From: Podarcis bocagei
Taxonomy: Eukaryota
Length of the DNA: 64,000 nt
NCBI GenBank assembly: GCA_964188305.1
Contig: OZ076889.1
Direction: 5' to 3' (one strand)
Part shown: one piece after another, positions 1 to 13,365 of the stretch
How positions within the stretch are numbered: position 1 is the first letter of the stretch
How the letters are laid out: the number at the start of each line of letters is the position of its first letter
The notes under the pieces: model-generated
Database searches by the model: none
The model's input: only the letters and a program-made list of their open reading frames with translations
What the model was told of the DNA's origin: nothing
Program-made: the position numbers and the translations under genes

Positions 1-199
1 TGCAATGCCCGAGTCCTCCCTTCTTAGGTGGCTGGCAAAGCCAGTTGTTTGTCCTCCTCGCGCGCCGAGAGGGGTTTCCCCAAAGCATCCAAATTGCCCT
101 CTGGCGACTCCGCCTCCCAGAGGCTCGAGCGGCTGCTTGCTCCCTAGGCGGGCGGTGCCTACCTAGCAAGCCTCGCCTGGGCTTCCGCTTGGAAACGGA

Positions 200-595
200 G
201 AAATAAACGAGGAGCGGCGGCGGCTCCACCACCAGCCCTCCCTCCGTCCCCGCGGCGCCGCTCTACCACGCAGCCGCGCCTGAGGAGGCCTGAGGAGGCC
301 TGCCAGGCTTCCCCGCTTGTGCCGCAGTGCCGTGCGCTGCCTCTGAGGCCAGCCAGGGGGCGCTGGTTGCCGGCAGCTGAGGCGGCCTCGGAGCGGGCGA
401 GGGAGCCCAGCCAGCCAGGAGAGGAGGCAGCCCTCGCCGTCGGGAACAGGCGGGCAAGCGGGAGGCCGGGCAGGCGCCGCGCTGGCCTTCCTTGAGCTCG
501 GGAAGAGGCCTGCCCGGGAGCCGAGCGAGGGGAGCCTCTCCGACATGCAGGCCCGGCGGCGCTCGCTGCTGCTGCTGCCGCCGCCGCCTCCCGAG
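200..595 (+). other. ZFYVE9: ZFYVE9 5' leader exon 1 (start approximate)
   Basis: Consensus donor GAG|GTGAGT at 595/596 inside the CpG island; TSS cannot be located from sequence. Confidence 0.65.
565..588 (+). repeat. (GCT)4(GCC)4 trinucleotide tract in ZFYVE9 exon 1
   Basis: gctgctgctgctgccgccgccgcc. Confidence 0.8.
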
Positions 596-3308
596 GTGAG
601 TAAGCTGCTGGCCGCCTCCCGATTTAGCCGGTCTCCGTCGGGCCGCTAAGGCCGGGCATCCTCTCCCAGGCCCCTGTGGGGCGGCGTGAGAAGGGAGCCT
701 CTCTTGGTGGGTGGTGGGGGGCCGCCCCACGGCTCCTGAGGAGAGGAAGCTGAGGGAACCTTCCCCCAGGGAGGGTGGCCCAAAAGGGGCAAGAGGCGAC
801 ATAACTGAGGGTCGGAGCGCGTTCCCCCACAGCACACCTTGGGTCAATTCCGCCGCCCCCCAACTTTAGGGGCGCGAGTTTCCCTCCTTCGTACTAGGGA
901 TCATGAAAGCCTCGGGACCTTGAGAATAAAGAGGCAGACGAGGAGCTTCTCGTCCCGGCTTATCCCTCGCCTTGTTTGTCTGGCTTGTCCTGATGGAGTG
1001 GGTTGGGGGGAAGAGAGCCCTGTTCCCTTCATGGCAACCGGGAAGCCTTCCGCGAGGAGTTCATGGCTTCTCGTTTATAGCGCTTCCCAGCCCTCTTAAT
1101 ATCTCAGGGGGCGAGCGAGAAGACGTGGCAGCCCCCCGCGCCGCCGCCCCAAACAAATAAGCAAGCCTTCCCATACCGCTTCTGCTAATTAGTAGATTCC
1201 CCTCCCCCATACATCCAGGCCCCCCCCCCGTAGAGCATATGCATCGCTTTTTCACAGTCCTTGCTTGTTTTTGCAGTTGTGCATTCTTGCATCCCCTTTC
1301 TTTCCTGTCCTGCTGCTTTACAGGCAGCTCCCATTTGTTCACAGCCCAAGTTTCTCATACTGGATCTGACGGGAATATTGCTGTCAAGGTGTCCTATTTT
1401 GTGCCCGAAGTACCTTCCCTTGCTCTGGCGTCGTTTGTTGCAGTCTGTTCACTATTTAAATAATTTGAAACGTGCCATCACTTCCGAACTAGAGCGCTTA
1501 CCAAGAGGCAAGGTTACTTTTAATTGTGTTTGTTGTTGTGCTCACTTAAGTAATACTCACCTTGGTGATAAAATTCAGGTATTTTTAGTTCTGTGGATGT
1601 GGGTAAGTAGGTCCAGATGACTGGTTGCAATGGAGGGAATGCATATCTTGTAACATGAACAACTGGTGGGAATTACCTTGATAAGTTTGAATGTTTAGGT
1701 ATTTTGCATATATGTAAACAAATAGTATTTTCATGTACTGAAATATAAGTATATATGACACCAGAATATATTTATTAATATATTTAAACAAGGTGAAGTT
1801 CCACATGTAAAATGTCCACAAAACTTGAATGGTCTTGTGGTGTTAGTGCAGATTTTCATATCTGAACCTGCTATTTATTTGTGACTTAAGATGGATGCAA
1901 AATTTCAAAGAGCCTGGTAGAGTGAGTAAGGGAAACATGGAGGTCACACTAAAGGTTATAAGGACAGCAGGTTGATTATTTTTAGCACATAGACATCTAG
2001 AAGGATAATATATTTATTATGTAAAATATCAAAATCTGAATATAGATGCATGAAAGTGGAGTGCTTTTTTGGATTGTACTGAAAACTGTTAGGTTGTCTG
2101 AGCTTGGCCCAACATAGATAAAACTGCTTTTATTGATCAGCAACACAAAGATGCATATATGTGGTAGCGAATTAATGTTTGTTTCTCTGGTGTGGATTTA
2201 ATATCACATGCCTTATATCAGTATAATTTAATGGCCTGGATTTACTAAACTAAAAATGTATTTACACTCAATTAAACTTATTACAGTAGACAAAAAACTT
2301 TAGATTTTGATATCTGGTAAATGCTGGCATAATTAAGAGGGCTCTTCAGTGGCCCAGAGGTCCTTTAAATGTTGCTCAGCTGCGCAGAAGCATTTCATTA
2401 AAAAAGCAGCCCTCACTTGACCAAAATTTAAAGGGCCCCATAGAGATCTGATTTTTTAAAAGCAACTTTACTTCACTGATAATTGCAGCGTGTCTCATGG
2501 CATCAAATCTAGGCTTTGGTTTAGTCTCATGCTTGAAATCTTACTGAAATTTATTTAAAGACTGTGAATGTCTATGCTGTTTCTTTTTAAAAATGCAAAA
2601 TATTTAATCCTTCCATAATCCATGAAGCTCTAAATCTAAGCAAATATAATTTAACATATAACTTAGGCAGGCTTTACATTATTTTAATAAATTAATTCTT
2701 AATGCATAAATAAAGGATGAACTATTCAGAGCAGATGCTTTTCAGCATGTATTCTAGCATTTATGTTCTCATTGTTCTTTTACATTTTAAAATGAAAGTG
2801 TATATCTAGACCACTGGGCTCCTTAGATGAAAAATGTAAATGGATGCAGAAATATATGCTGAAGTCAACAGGCAAATAATATGCCTTACTATAGCAGGAT
2901 TGCTAACAGCTAAGAATTTTTATGCCAACATCTAACTGTTTGGATAAAGTATAACTAACAATATTTATTTTGGAATAATATTTCAAAACAGGCTTACGGG
3001 TAAATGTTTAGGATTGGAATAGCAGAAACAGTGATAAAGTATGTATGTATCCCTGTAGTTGTGAATGGTCCTGTGCGAAGGGTTATGGAAGAACTTTAAT
3101 CTACTTAAGCTGCGGTCGTAACACACACCTACAAGGAAATAAACCTAATTAAGCATAGTGGGATTTACTTTTAGGTAAATATGCATAGAATTGCTTTGTT
3201 AGAGCTGGAAGGTTATAACTTGACCTGCTTCATTTTAATAAGAGCATAAGAGCCTGCTGGATGTAGTCTAGCACCCTGTCTCATAGTGGTCAACCAGATG
3301 CTCTAATG

Positions 3309-3444
3309 CAGTGTTCCCCAACCTTGGGCCTCCAGCTGTTTTTGGACTACAACTCCCATCATCCCTTGCTAGCAAGACCAGTGGCCAAGGATGATGGGAA
3401 TTGTAGTCCAAAAACAGCTGGAGGCCCAAGGTTGGGGAACACTG
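3309..3444. mobile_element. Palindromic hAT-type MITE
   Basis: Near-perfect fold-back cagtgttccccaaccttgggcctccagctgtttttggactacaactcccatcatcc / its reverse complement; degenerate TSD ctctaatg / (cg)tctaatg; inserted in an older CR1-like fragment. Confidence 0.85.
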
Positions 3445-4860
3445 CGTCTAATGGAAGCCCATAAGCCATGTTAAAATTCTCAGTTTATACCACCTTTGTA
3501 TAAGCAAAGTTATGGATATTAGGGCGCTATATTATACTTTTTTCATGGTGCTGGTATTAAGGCAGTTTTTAACCCACCAGCCCAAGCATGCTTAAGTTAG
3601 TAGTTTGTGGTTTAAAGTAAAAATAAACACAGTTTATTTGTTGTAAATATCCTTATCAAGTGGCTTGAAGGCAATTTTTACTCACACAGGAGACCAAGTG
3701 GCTATTTACAAGCCCTATACAAAGGTGTTGAAACAAGTCTCTAGTAATTTTGACTTCGTTTTGCTAAATGAAACCTGGGAGTTGATGCAAAGGTTTTTGG
3801 AGCATGTGGCCAAGAGTGAAATTGTGGAAACTGTTTGAAATGCTCAGTGAACAGTAGTTGCCTAAACCTTTTAATTTATGTAAGAAGATGTGAAAGATGG
3901 AAGCAAACAGTGTTTCTCTGCCGATGGAAGGCATTTGTTATAGAACTAGAGGGCCGGCAATTCTTCCTCCCTGCCTGCTCCCCAAAATTTGCTGAGGTTT
4001 TGGGGAACCCCTTGGAGCAAATTTCTGGGGGCTTGCAGGAGGGAGGAGGGAATTTATTTCCTCCACCAATGAAGCAACACCAATTGAATTCTATTCAAAG
4101 TAATACAGTATTTAATTTTCTCCATCATTGTGTGTTTAGAAGGACTATGGGTAGCTGTCTTATACAAGTCAGACCATTGGTCCACCAAGCTTAGTATTGC
4201 TGCTAATGGTGTCTCCAGGTAGGGCTGGAAAAGACTCCTGACTGAAACACTGGAGAGCCAGTTCCTAAAAGCCAAGCTCTAGCAGCTTTGTAGCTTAGGA
4301 TGCAGGTTTAGCTGCTACTGAAGTAGAGTCATAGGGTGTGATTGATTATGATTACATGTATGTTTATTTTAATTCACAGTAAGTCTCTCTTCAAGATGAC
4401 CAATCACAATAAGCATATGAGGAAAATAGTTGAGTCATAAGTACTGTGACCTATTTATTTGTTTGAAGTATTTATTTCCTGCCCCTTCATTGTAAAAGCA
4501 GTGCTCAGGATATGAAAGAAACAAAACAAAATTGCATATTTTTAAACAAGCAAGATTGGGGAATATCACAGCAGGGTTGTGGGGTCAGTACAATAAACAC
4601 ATCCGTCCAACAGGCCAAACTTGCCCCAGAACACAAGTGTCTTCACTATGTACTAGACAATTATTTGGGTGAAACAAACCTCCTTTGAGTAAGAACTTTC
4701 ACAGCTTAGATGTGATTCCAAGAAGGTTGTCTTCCACATCTCAACCAGGAACCTCTCTTCCACTGGTAGAACATAAAGAAGAATCTCTCCTGGAGATGTT
4801 AATGAGGAGGACTGCTCTGATTGGAGGAGGCAGTCCTTTGGATTAAATAATAAATTTTTA

Positions 4861-5220
4861 AGGTAAAGGTAAAGGTACCCCTGCCCGTACGGGCCAGTCT
4901 TGCCAGACTCTAGGGTTGTGCGCTCATCTCACTCTATAGGCTGGGAGCCAGCGCTGTCCGCAGACACTTCCAGGTCACGTGGCCAGCGTGACAAGCTGCA
5001 TCTGGCGAGCCAGCGCAGCACACGGAACGCCATTTACCTTCCCGCTGGTAAGCGGTCCCTATTTATCTACTTGCACCCGGAGGTGCTTTCGAACTGCTAG
5101 GTTGGCAGGTGCTGGGACCGAAAGACGGGAGCGCACCCCGCCGCGGGGATTCAAACTGCCGACCATGCGATCGGCAAGTCCTAGGCGCTGAGGTTTTACC
5201 CACAGCGCCACCCGCGTCCC
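4861..5220 (-). mobile_element. Sauria SINE, full length
   Basis: Reverse complement starts GGGACGCGGGTGGCGCTGTGGG and ends in (ACCTTT)n; 13-bp TSD taataaat(t/c)ttta at 4848-4860 and 5221-5233. Confidence 0.9.
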
Positions 5221-7335
5221 TAATAAATCTTTAGATAAAGGTAATTAACAGTAGCTGGAATTGTAAAGAAGTACGCTTTCCCAACGGAATATATATTGTA
5301 TGTTTTTGATTAAACAAAAATAGCTTTTAAGAGCAAGACCCTAATTATATACAGACTTTGCAAGTTCCTGTCAATGGGACTTGCTTACCAGTACTTCAAA
5401 GATTCAGTACTGGTAGGTTAAGCCTATTTTGAATAATGGGAAAATAATGGACTTTTGTAGAAAAAAAGAATGCTTTGCTCTCAAACTCCTTAAAGGCATC
5501 TGGTCTCAGAAGGTCCGGCCTTTGTATTCTGTTTGTAGACATCTTTTTAGTAATAGCTGTGGAAACTGAGCTTCATTAAATGACCTATTTAATTTTTTTT
5601 AAACCAAACCTTCACTGCCTCCATCTAATTAAGAAGTTGAGTGGAAGGTTTGTTTTAGTTCAGTCTGTCAGCTCCTACGGTGAGATTGTACTGCTACTTT
5701 ACAAATTATTTTTTTAAAAAACAGAGATTAGTTTATGTGCTGTGGAAAACAAAGCATGTATCCAGAAATGTAATGAAAGGCAGTGTGTGTTTTTGTCTTG
5801 GTGCAAATGTTAAGAAAGCTGGTCCATATGTCATCTTCTTAGTGAGTGTACCTGAGGCAAGTACTCATGCTGCAAATTTTGCAGTGTGTATGTGGGGGGA
5901 GGATAATTCCTGTCTGGTTCACCTCATACAGTTATCTGTCACATTTGTTTCAGTTGGGAGGAACAGCTGGCCTAGAGGTGCTGTTTTTACTGCAACTGGT
6001 ACTTATAAACTAAAATAGGAGGTCCTATATTTTTTGTGTGTTTGCATACTGTTGTGACTTCTTGGATAAGCATTGTTTACTTTTTGTGGTCCATTACTTT
6101 CAATTGCTTTAGTGCAGATCTAGGCCAGTACAAGAGAAGAAGGGTTAAATGCATGTCTCAAGCACAATAGCTTTTGTTTTGTCACTGGAGTGGCAGATGG
6201 GAAACCAGAATCTCTTACATTCCCGCATACATTGACTATGGGGGAGAGGCATTTACCATCAGCTGATGATCTTAAAATTAGACTTCATTTGAGCCTGTGC
6301 TTCTTGAGTGTTCTGTAATAAAAAGCATGTTTATTGTATCAATGCACTCTTAAAATTTTATACAGATGATTACATTTTGAGCTAATGTATGCTGTAGAAT
6401 CATCTTCTAAATTGACTGAAATTCATATAAATATATGAAGTAAACCTATGAATTGTTTGTATTTTGCTTTATTGCACAGTATTCAAATACATCAATTTTC
6501 TAGATATGTTAAATGTCTCTTCTGGTTTATAGCCTTTTTTGTTAGAACATCTGTAACTGTCAGAAACCTCTGTGTTGATCCCCCCCATAATATAGCAAAC
6601 ATAGAAATCCGTAATGTTCCCTGTAAAATGCAGATCAAAGTGCTGTACAAATCTCCTAATAGCTGTGCCTAGCTATGAATGACACTTCCTCGTTATAAAC
6701 ACTTTCATATTTTCTGATTTCACTTTGCTGTGTCAAAATTTTGCTTTGAACTCACTCCTAGCTCTGTTCACCTAGCTGGCTGTACACTGTTTGGTATACA
6801 ATTACTATGTAGGATCAGTAGGATGAAAGCTTGTTTAGATGTTTAGTTGTCTTATGTTTGCAGTACTGTTCGCACCAACATTCAAAAATTCATAAGACTG
6901 AAGTTAATTATTCTGCATCTCCCAGTCCTTACATCGCTCCCTGTCCTCCTATTCATTCTGCTATTAAATTGAGAGTGAAGATGGCATAATGATTCTTTTG
7001 TGTTGTTTATCTCTTCACCTTGTTGTCATGCTGCCATGCCCTTTTGCTGGATATTCTGCATCCTTGGTGTACGTTGGCTCATGGGACTATTGGGTCATGA
7101 ATAATCTTCATGAGAAGAAATGCTGCACATTGAAATGCCAAAATAAGCCATTCCCCAGATAGCCTTTTAGTAAAATGTCTACTCACCACAAAATATGCAC
7201 AGTACTCAACTTATCACCACTTTGGCATAACATCCATCACTCATTTTCACTATATAATTGCACTTTGCTCTACTCATGCTTAACTCTGATCTAATTTCTC
7301 TCCACCTCTCTACGTTTGGTCTCCGTAATTATTGA

Positions 7336-7462
7336 TCATAGAATTGTAGAGTTGGAAGGGATCACGAGGATCGTCTAGTCCAACCCCCTGCAATGCAGGA
7401 ATCTTTTGCCCAACATGGGACTCAAACCCATGACCCTGAGAGTTTCACACTCTACTTACTGA
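7336..7462 (-). mobile_element. tRNA-Lys-derived SINE with CR1-like 3' tail
   Basis: Reverse complement of the element at 40083-40228. Confidence 0.75.
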
Positions 7463-7574
7463 GGAAGGAAGAACAATGTTGAAAGTCTATATTGATGATG
7501 GGACCAGGAATAGGAAAAAGCAACACAAAATATTTTGACCAGGGACTGCATCATAGCATAGGAAAGGTGGAGAG

Positions 7575-8609
7575 TAGGGCTAGGTGATAAATCAGTATAT
7601 CATCCCAAATTGTTTTTGAATCCACATTGTTGTTTTGACCTGGCAATATATCACGAGGGAAATTTGGACAAAAGGATTGGAAACTGATGACTTCCCCATG
7701 GGATGGCTCAGCTGAACGAAGACTTTTCTCTGCAGGAAGGGGAGAATCGCTACTGCTGGGATTAAAATATGTAGAGCAGGGGTAGTCAACCCTTTTTATA
7801 CCTACTGCCCACTAATGTATCTTTCTTGATGGTAAACTTTCCTTACCGCCCACCAGCGCTCGATGGAAGGAGGATTCAGCTTGTGCCGTAGAACCCCCTA
7901 CTGCCCACCTAGAATCCTGAAACGCCCACTAGTGGGCGGTAGGGACCAGGTTGACAACCCCTGATATAGAGGGAAGAGGACTTCCCTCTCCCAAATCTCA
8001 CACACACAAGTTTGGAGAGGGGCAGGCCAAACAGTGCACCACCACCTCCCTGCTTTGCTCGCTTGCTCGCCTCCCTCCCCAGCGCCACAGTCCCTTCCCC
8101 TTACACTGAGGGAGGTGGCAGACGTGCATCTTTGCCTCAGAGCTACTTCCCCACCACCACCCCTGCCGCTCCCGTCCCTGCTACCACCTCTTCTCCCATT
8201 CCCTCAGTTCTGTGGTCAGCTTTCCCACAATGTGGGAAAATCCGTGAAGCTAGTCAATGCTTCTCAGTTCCTGTTACTCGTCTTCTGCATGTGCATGGGT
8301 GCGCATGCATGCATGTGTTTGTCTGTCTCTCTGTGCTAAGAATCCCTGTGCTAAGATAGGGGTGGGGGTTCCCCCTCCAGGGTCTGTATCTTCTGCTTTT
8401 CCTCTCTATTCCACACCATCCAGAAATTGACACGAGGTTTGGCTGCTTCTTCCTCCCTACCTCTCTCTGTCTGGGTAGTAGTTGCCAGGACGTTACCCCA
8501 TTTGCTTCTACATGGTTCCATCCTTATTTCAGGCATTGTTATATATCTGTATATCACAGTATTTAGCTGGTATATCACGATGTTGAAAACCAGATATCGT
8601 CCAGCCCAA
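7575..8609. mobile_element. Older non-autonomous hAT-like element hosting a nested MITE
   Basis: Terminal inverted repeats tagggctaggtgata ... tatcgtccagcccaa; TSD not clearly preserved. Confidence 0.5.
7777..7963 (+). mobile_element. hAT MITE (187 bp)
   Basis: TIRs caggggtagtcaacc / ggttgacaacccctg; 8-bp TSD atgtagag / atatagag; second copy at 60502-60687. Confidence 0.9.
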
Positions 8610-9219
8610 GGGAAAGAACAGTGTGCAGGAATGAAGTGATTAGGGCCCATTCCCATTGGCATAATATTGAGGATTATTGTAGTCAGTGAATACACACAGT
8701 GGTTCTGTGGTGTTGAAAATGTATTTTTATGTAGTGTGGTGGGCACATACCCATAGCCTTGTGGTACATCTTCAGGAGAAGAAAAGACTAAGGAGTAAAC
8801 CCTACACCTATCTGGAATGGAGTCTGTAAGATGATTGAATGATGTTTTGTACACCTCCTTCTGGCAACTCCTGCAGCCAAGCTGGTACCAAACATATTGC
8901 TTTGCTTTCCTTAGCAAGGCTGAGAGGAGGTCTTGTTGTCTGGGCATCCTAGGACCTGCCCAGACTTTTGCCCTGAAGAAGTCACTTGGGTCTGCCATTT
9001 TTAAAATGTCTGCAGGCATCGAAGTATGCCAGTCAAATTGATAGTCCTGTTCTGTATGATTATTTTCCATTACACATTACACATTTGTATTTATTTGGTT
9101 TTGGTATTTAATTTCTCATGTCACTCTAGTAATTTGAGTCAGAGAGGAGGGAAGGTACACTAACCAGAGGGACAGTCACCAGGTGGCTTAGTTGAATGCT
9201 TCTGTGGAAAGATGTACAC

Positions 9220-9400
9220 CAGGGGTGTCCAAGAGACTGCGATCTACTCCCACTATAAATAAACTGGCAGTGATCTACCCATTGGATTTGACCAGAGCTG
9301 TTGAGCTTTTTGGGGGGGAGAGATAAGAGTAGTTGAGCTTTTTTTAGGGAGAGAGGTCAGATCGACCGGTAGATCGCGATCGACCAGTTGGACAGCCCTG
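9220..9400. mobile_element. hAT MITE (181 bp)
   Basis: TIRs caggggtgtccaa / ttggacagccctg; perfect 8-bp TSD atgtacac (9212-9219, 9401-9408). Confidence 0.9.
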
Positions 9401-10256
9401 ATGTACACAATCTAGGAACAAGGATACATTGAAGAGCTCAAGTTGCAGCCTTCATGTTTTGCCATCTTCTGCATACTTGTAGCAAAAACTTATTCCTGGT
9501 TATTTCCTTAAGACTATTTCCTCCATACTTTGGTGTTAGTCTCCACCCAATCTGGTAAAAAGTTAATCCTATCACAGAAAACTTGGTTTATTATAATAAG
9601 AATGTCATGTTTCCTAATGAAAGTGAGAACCACTATAGATTAGGTGCTGTAAGGTGCCCAAATCTTTTATTACCTGAGATGAATAAGTACAAATTTCTAT
9701 TGTAGGCATAAGCAAGTGTTACCAGTTAAGCTAGTGAGAAAATGGCAAGTCTTTTCAAGTTTGTATCTAGCAACTTATTGTGATGCCTTTGTAGTCTTAG
9801 GGCTTGGTTACTCTTCTGAAGTTGCTTTTGACTGTGTTTCGGGAAGTACATTTACACAAGGATGCATGGCCTCATAAAGAGACTAGATGCAGTTTAGGAC
9901 ACTGATAATAAACTAGTTTAAGCCCATCTTACCTCCTGCCTCTTCATGAGATCAGATGTGTGCTGTCTACACGTTATTTGGGAAAGGATAGTTCATCTGT
10001 GTAACTGCTGTGGAGATTTGGGAGCATGTGTTGGAGACAGGGAATAATTGCTATCTTTTTGGTGGGGGCTTTCTTTGGTGGCCACTTAAATGTAGTGGAG
10101 CGAAGGTTATGTTATCAAATTGTTTTTAATAGGTTTCAGAGGGGGAAAATCTTACTCTAACTTGGATTTCAAGATGAGGCAGGCTGAAAATAGCTAAACT
10201 ACATACAACTAATAGCAGCTTTAGGAATTCTAATGTGGTGTTTGTTTCATTTTTAG

Positions 10257-10361
10257 GATCAAGCAGAATATACAGATTCAATTCAACTAGCTGATTGGGC
10301 AGTGTATATCATGGATAGACATTGGTTCATTCGTTTCTTTATGCATGTGTAGGAGAAAAAG
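10257..10361 (+). other. ZFYVE9: ZFYVE9 5' leader exon 2 (105 nt)
   Basis: Acceptor tttgtttcatttttag|G and donor AAG|GTAAGA bound a 105-nt non-repetitive segment between exon 1 and the ATG exon. Confidence 0.6.
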
Positions 10362-11950
10362 GTAAGAGGATGGCAAATGACAGTATACATCTGGAATATT
10401 TGAATTAAGAGAGCACCTTTAAATTTGCATCCTTGGTATGCTTCTTATATTGCAGTCCTAAACAGATCAGAAATTTATTTATTTATTGAGTTTCTGGCCT
10501 GCTGTTCCTTCTAGGGCAACAAACAACCAAGCAGGAAAACATTTTTTTCACCCCAGAGCCTTCCACAATAAGAGTTATGAATCAGTCTAATTTCTAGTAA
10601 TGTTTCTAGGGTGTTTTGTTTGAAGCAAGGACAAGGAAGCTGTGGCCCTCGATATATTGTTACTTTTATCATTGCTGGTCACAATAGTGTTCTGCAATAG
10701 AATCATGCATTTTTAAATTTAAAGTTTAGAGTTTCCTGTTTGTAAAAAAATTATTATGGGTGGATTGTGAACTGAAGTGTATTTAAGGCCAAGTTTGCCT
10801 GCCTTTTCTTTAGACTCTGTTGTGGGGTTTTCCTTGAAACCTAGCTGTGGAATCAGGCACTGTCACTAAGTTCTTGATTTAATGTATTTTGGTTGTCTTC
10901 TCCAGCACAAATGTTTGCAGGATAGATTTGGGAGAAAGTTTTAGAAAGGTGCACATAACAAGCTAGCTTTTTTGTTTCACTTGTGAGGCTACATATATTG
11001 AATGACTGGGTTGTCTGGTTCATTGTCTGCATGCAAGGCCTACTATTTTGCATACCAGCACAGACTTCTTCAATGTTTATTTGGATGGTGGCATTAAAAA
11101 TTGCAGACTTTGCTTCTGCTTAAAGAATTGGTTGATCCCTTGACTGTGTGCAGGAACAGGTCAGTTGTGTGTACTACACTTTATCGTTACAGAGTTAATT
11201 TTAAAATTCTGTGTTCAGATTTCCTTCCCTGTATAATAAACACTGTTGTAAGATATACAAATCTCTCTTTTAATTTCTATAAGGTCCTTGATCTTGAATA
11301 AGTTATATCAGTCACATTGCATTTAAGACTTTAGTGTGAAATAGTATTACTTCCTTGGCTAATATGTTGGCTTGTTTTGAGTTGTTGTTCCAGTCCACCA
11401 GGATTATGTGGTTGGCAAAGCTTAGGCTAAATGCTGTATCCTGTCATGCATTAATCTAGGTTAGAAACTGTAGAAGCTGCAGATTCAAGAATGCAAAGCA
11501 CAGTAGACAAAATATTATTGAATTAACAGGAGTCATCTTTTAAAATGTCCATTATATAATTTATTTGACTGAAATGGTCTAGAGCCCATACTACTAGATA
11601 GCTTTGGACAAGTCAGTGATTTTCAGTATAGCTTTGTTTCCTGTGGGGTTGTTAAATGTTCTATGGAAAAGAAAGGAATATATATTTGTATAAAGTGAAG
11701 ATTTCTGAACTGTCACATCTACTCCTCTTTGCAATTATTGTTTCACCTCATCCATTCAAAACGTTTTTATGTAGAGATGGTTTATAAAGTTACTTGGCCA
11801 TTGGGGAGTTACCAAGATGATATATTTATTAGGTAATATCTCCCAATGTGTCCTTGTAGTTCAAATCTGTTATACGGATGAGAAATGACTGGTAGCATTC
11901 TTGGGTCAAACATAGTTATTGAGTTGTGTGTGTGGTCGGAAGACTGATTA

Positions 11951-12121
11951 CCATATTTTGCCGTGTATAAGATGCCCCCATGTATAAGACGCCCCCTATT
12001 TTGGGGGACTCCAAATTAAGAAAACACCCCTCAGCGTTACCCATGTATAAGACGAGCCCCAATTTTAAACCTATTTTTTTGGTAAAAAATCCCCTAGTCT
12101 TACACACAGAAAAAAACATGG
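11951..12121. mobile_element. Tc1/mariner-type MITE
   Basis: TA-flanked; TIR-like ccatattttgccgtgtataaga ... gtcttacacacagaaaaaaacatgg; internal repeats of tgtataagac. Confidence 0.7.
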
Positions 12122-12188
12122 TAATTTTCCCTGATTTGATACTTCAGTCACTACTAATTGAAATCCTGCTGATTTCTGTCTGAGTTAA

Positions 12189-12720
12189 TAACTGGATGCA
12201 ACCCTGAGCCTGAGTCCCCAGGTTTCTGCAGTGGCCAGGAGTGCATCTGCATAGCTAAAGCCAGTGTGCCAGCTGTGCCCTTTCCTAGAGATGTCTGATC
12301 TGCTCACAGTGACACACACCTTAGTTACATCCCATTTGAATTACTGTAACATGCTTTACATGGGTCTGCCTTTGAAAAGTGCTAGAAAACTTTTAAAGGG
12401 CCCAAGGAGCTCCACTGGCTACTGGTCTGTATCCGGTCACAATTTAAAGTGCTGGTTGTGACCTATAAAACCTTATACTGCTTAGGCCTAGGCTATCTGA
12501 AGGCCCAGGGTATTTTCCCATACAAACCTATCTGGGCTCTTGAGATGTTCGAGGTGGCCCTTCTCTCATTCCTGCCATGCTCACAGGCACCTTTTGTGAG
12601 AAAGGCTGCTCCCAGACTTTGGAACTCCCTTCCTGGTAAACCTAGACTGAACTATGTCCTTGTGGTCCTTCCTCTGGCAGGTGAAGATTGATTGTTTTAT
12701 TCCAGCAGGCCTTTGGGAGC
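12189..12720 (+). mobile_element. L2-clade LINE fragment (3' ORF2, decayed)
   Basis: Translates to L2-type peptides VTHTLVTSHLNYCNMLYMGLPLK, TYKTLYCLGLGYLK, AAPRLWNSLP. Confidence 0.8.
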
Positions 12721-13365
12721 TGATTGCTTTTAAAGAAAGGGTTTTTAATAGTGTTGTGCTGTTTTTACCATCTGTATTTTAATAGATTTATTTTTTACAT
12801 TGTTTTAATTCCATTGTTGTTTAATTACTTTTCAACTATTATTGATTATATCTTTTTAGCTTTCTGTGTTTTAGCTGTGCTTGTACAATCTGGACAAATC
12901 TAGTTTTTATTCTTTTTCCCAGAACCAGGGCTCAAGGCAGCATACAAAAATGCAGAAGGTGGGGTCTAGATTAGGACTGATGCCATCATGTGATGGCACT
13001 AGGGCTCGCTGAAGATCCAGTAGATCCTGAGCCAGCTCAGTGCCCTTCCCCCTCTCCCACTAGAGCACACACACATCTGGTCTTGTGTGTAGAATGGGGG
13101 AGCTCTGCTTTGGTAGAAGGAGTAGATATGGAGGCTGGCAGTGTTAGGCAGTAAATTAGTTTCAGTAGTTGATATATATTAATTTTGTTTCAAAGTTATT
13201 AATAATTGCCATTGTGAAGCTCACTGAATGTGTTCATTTAGGAAGTCCTGCAATGTTTCATATTTTACATGGGATCTTAATTTTAGTGGATACGTAAAAG
13301 AATAGATTGGTACATTTTCTATCATCATGCCAGTCATCCTGCTGTCCTTTAACCAAATTTATTTA

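Larger units (their letters stand above)
1..1150. promoter_or_regulatory. CpG island / promoter region of ZFYVE9
   Basis: Very GC- and CpG-rich stretch against AT-rich flanks; lies upstream of the ZFYVE9 coding exons and contains a strong donor GAG|GTGAGT at 595/596. Confidence 0.85.

Noticed and set aside
163-1160. Several 60-194 aa ORFs on both strands in the CpG island
   Set aside because: Stop-poor GC-rich sequence; Arg/Pro/Ala/Gly-rich low-complexity products with no homology cues
3309-3444. Perfect hairpin as pre-miRNA
   Set aside because: TIR and TSD structure plus a related half-copy near 60110-60180 identify it as a common MITE
8351-9070. 239-aa ORF antisense in intron 1
   Set aside because: No recognisable domain; it crosses the TIR of a hAT-like element at ~8609 and a LINE-like remnant at ~8750-9000, so it is most likely a chance ORF stitched from TE fragments
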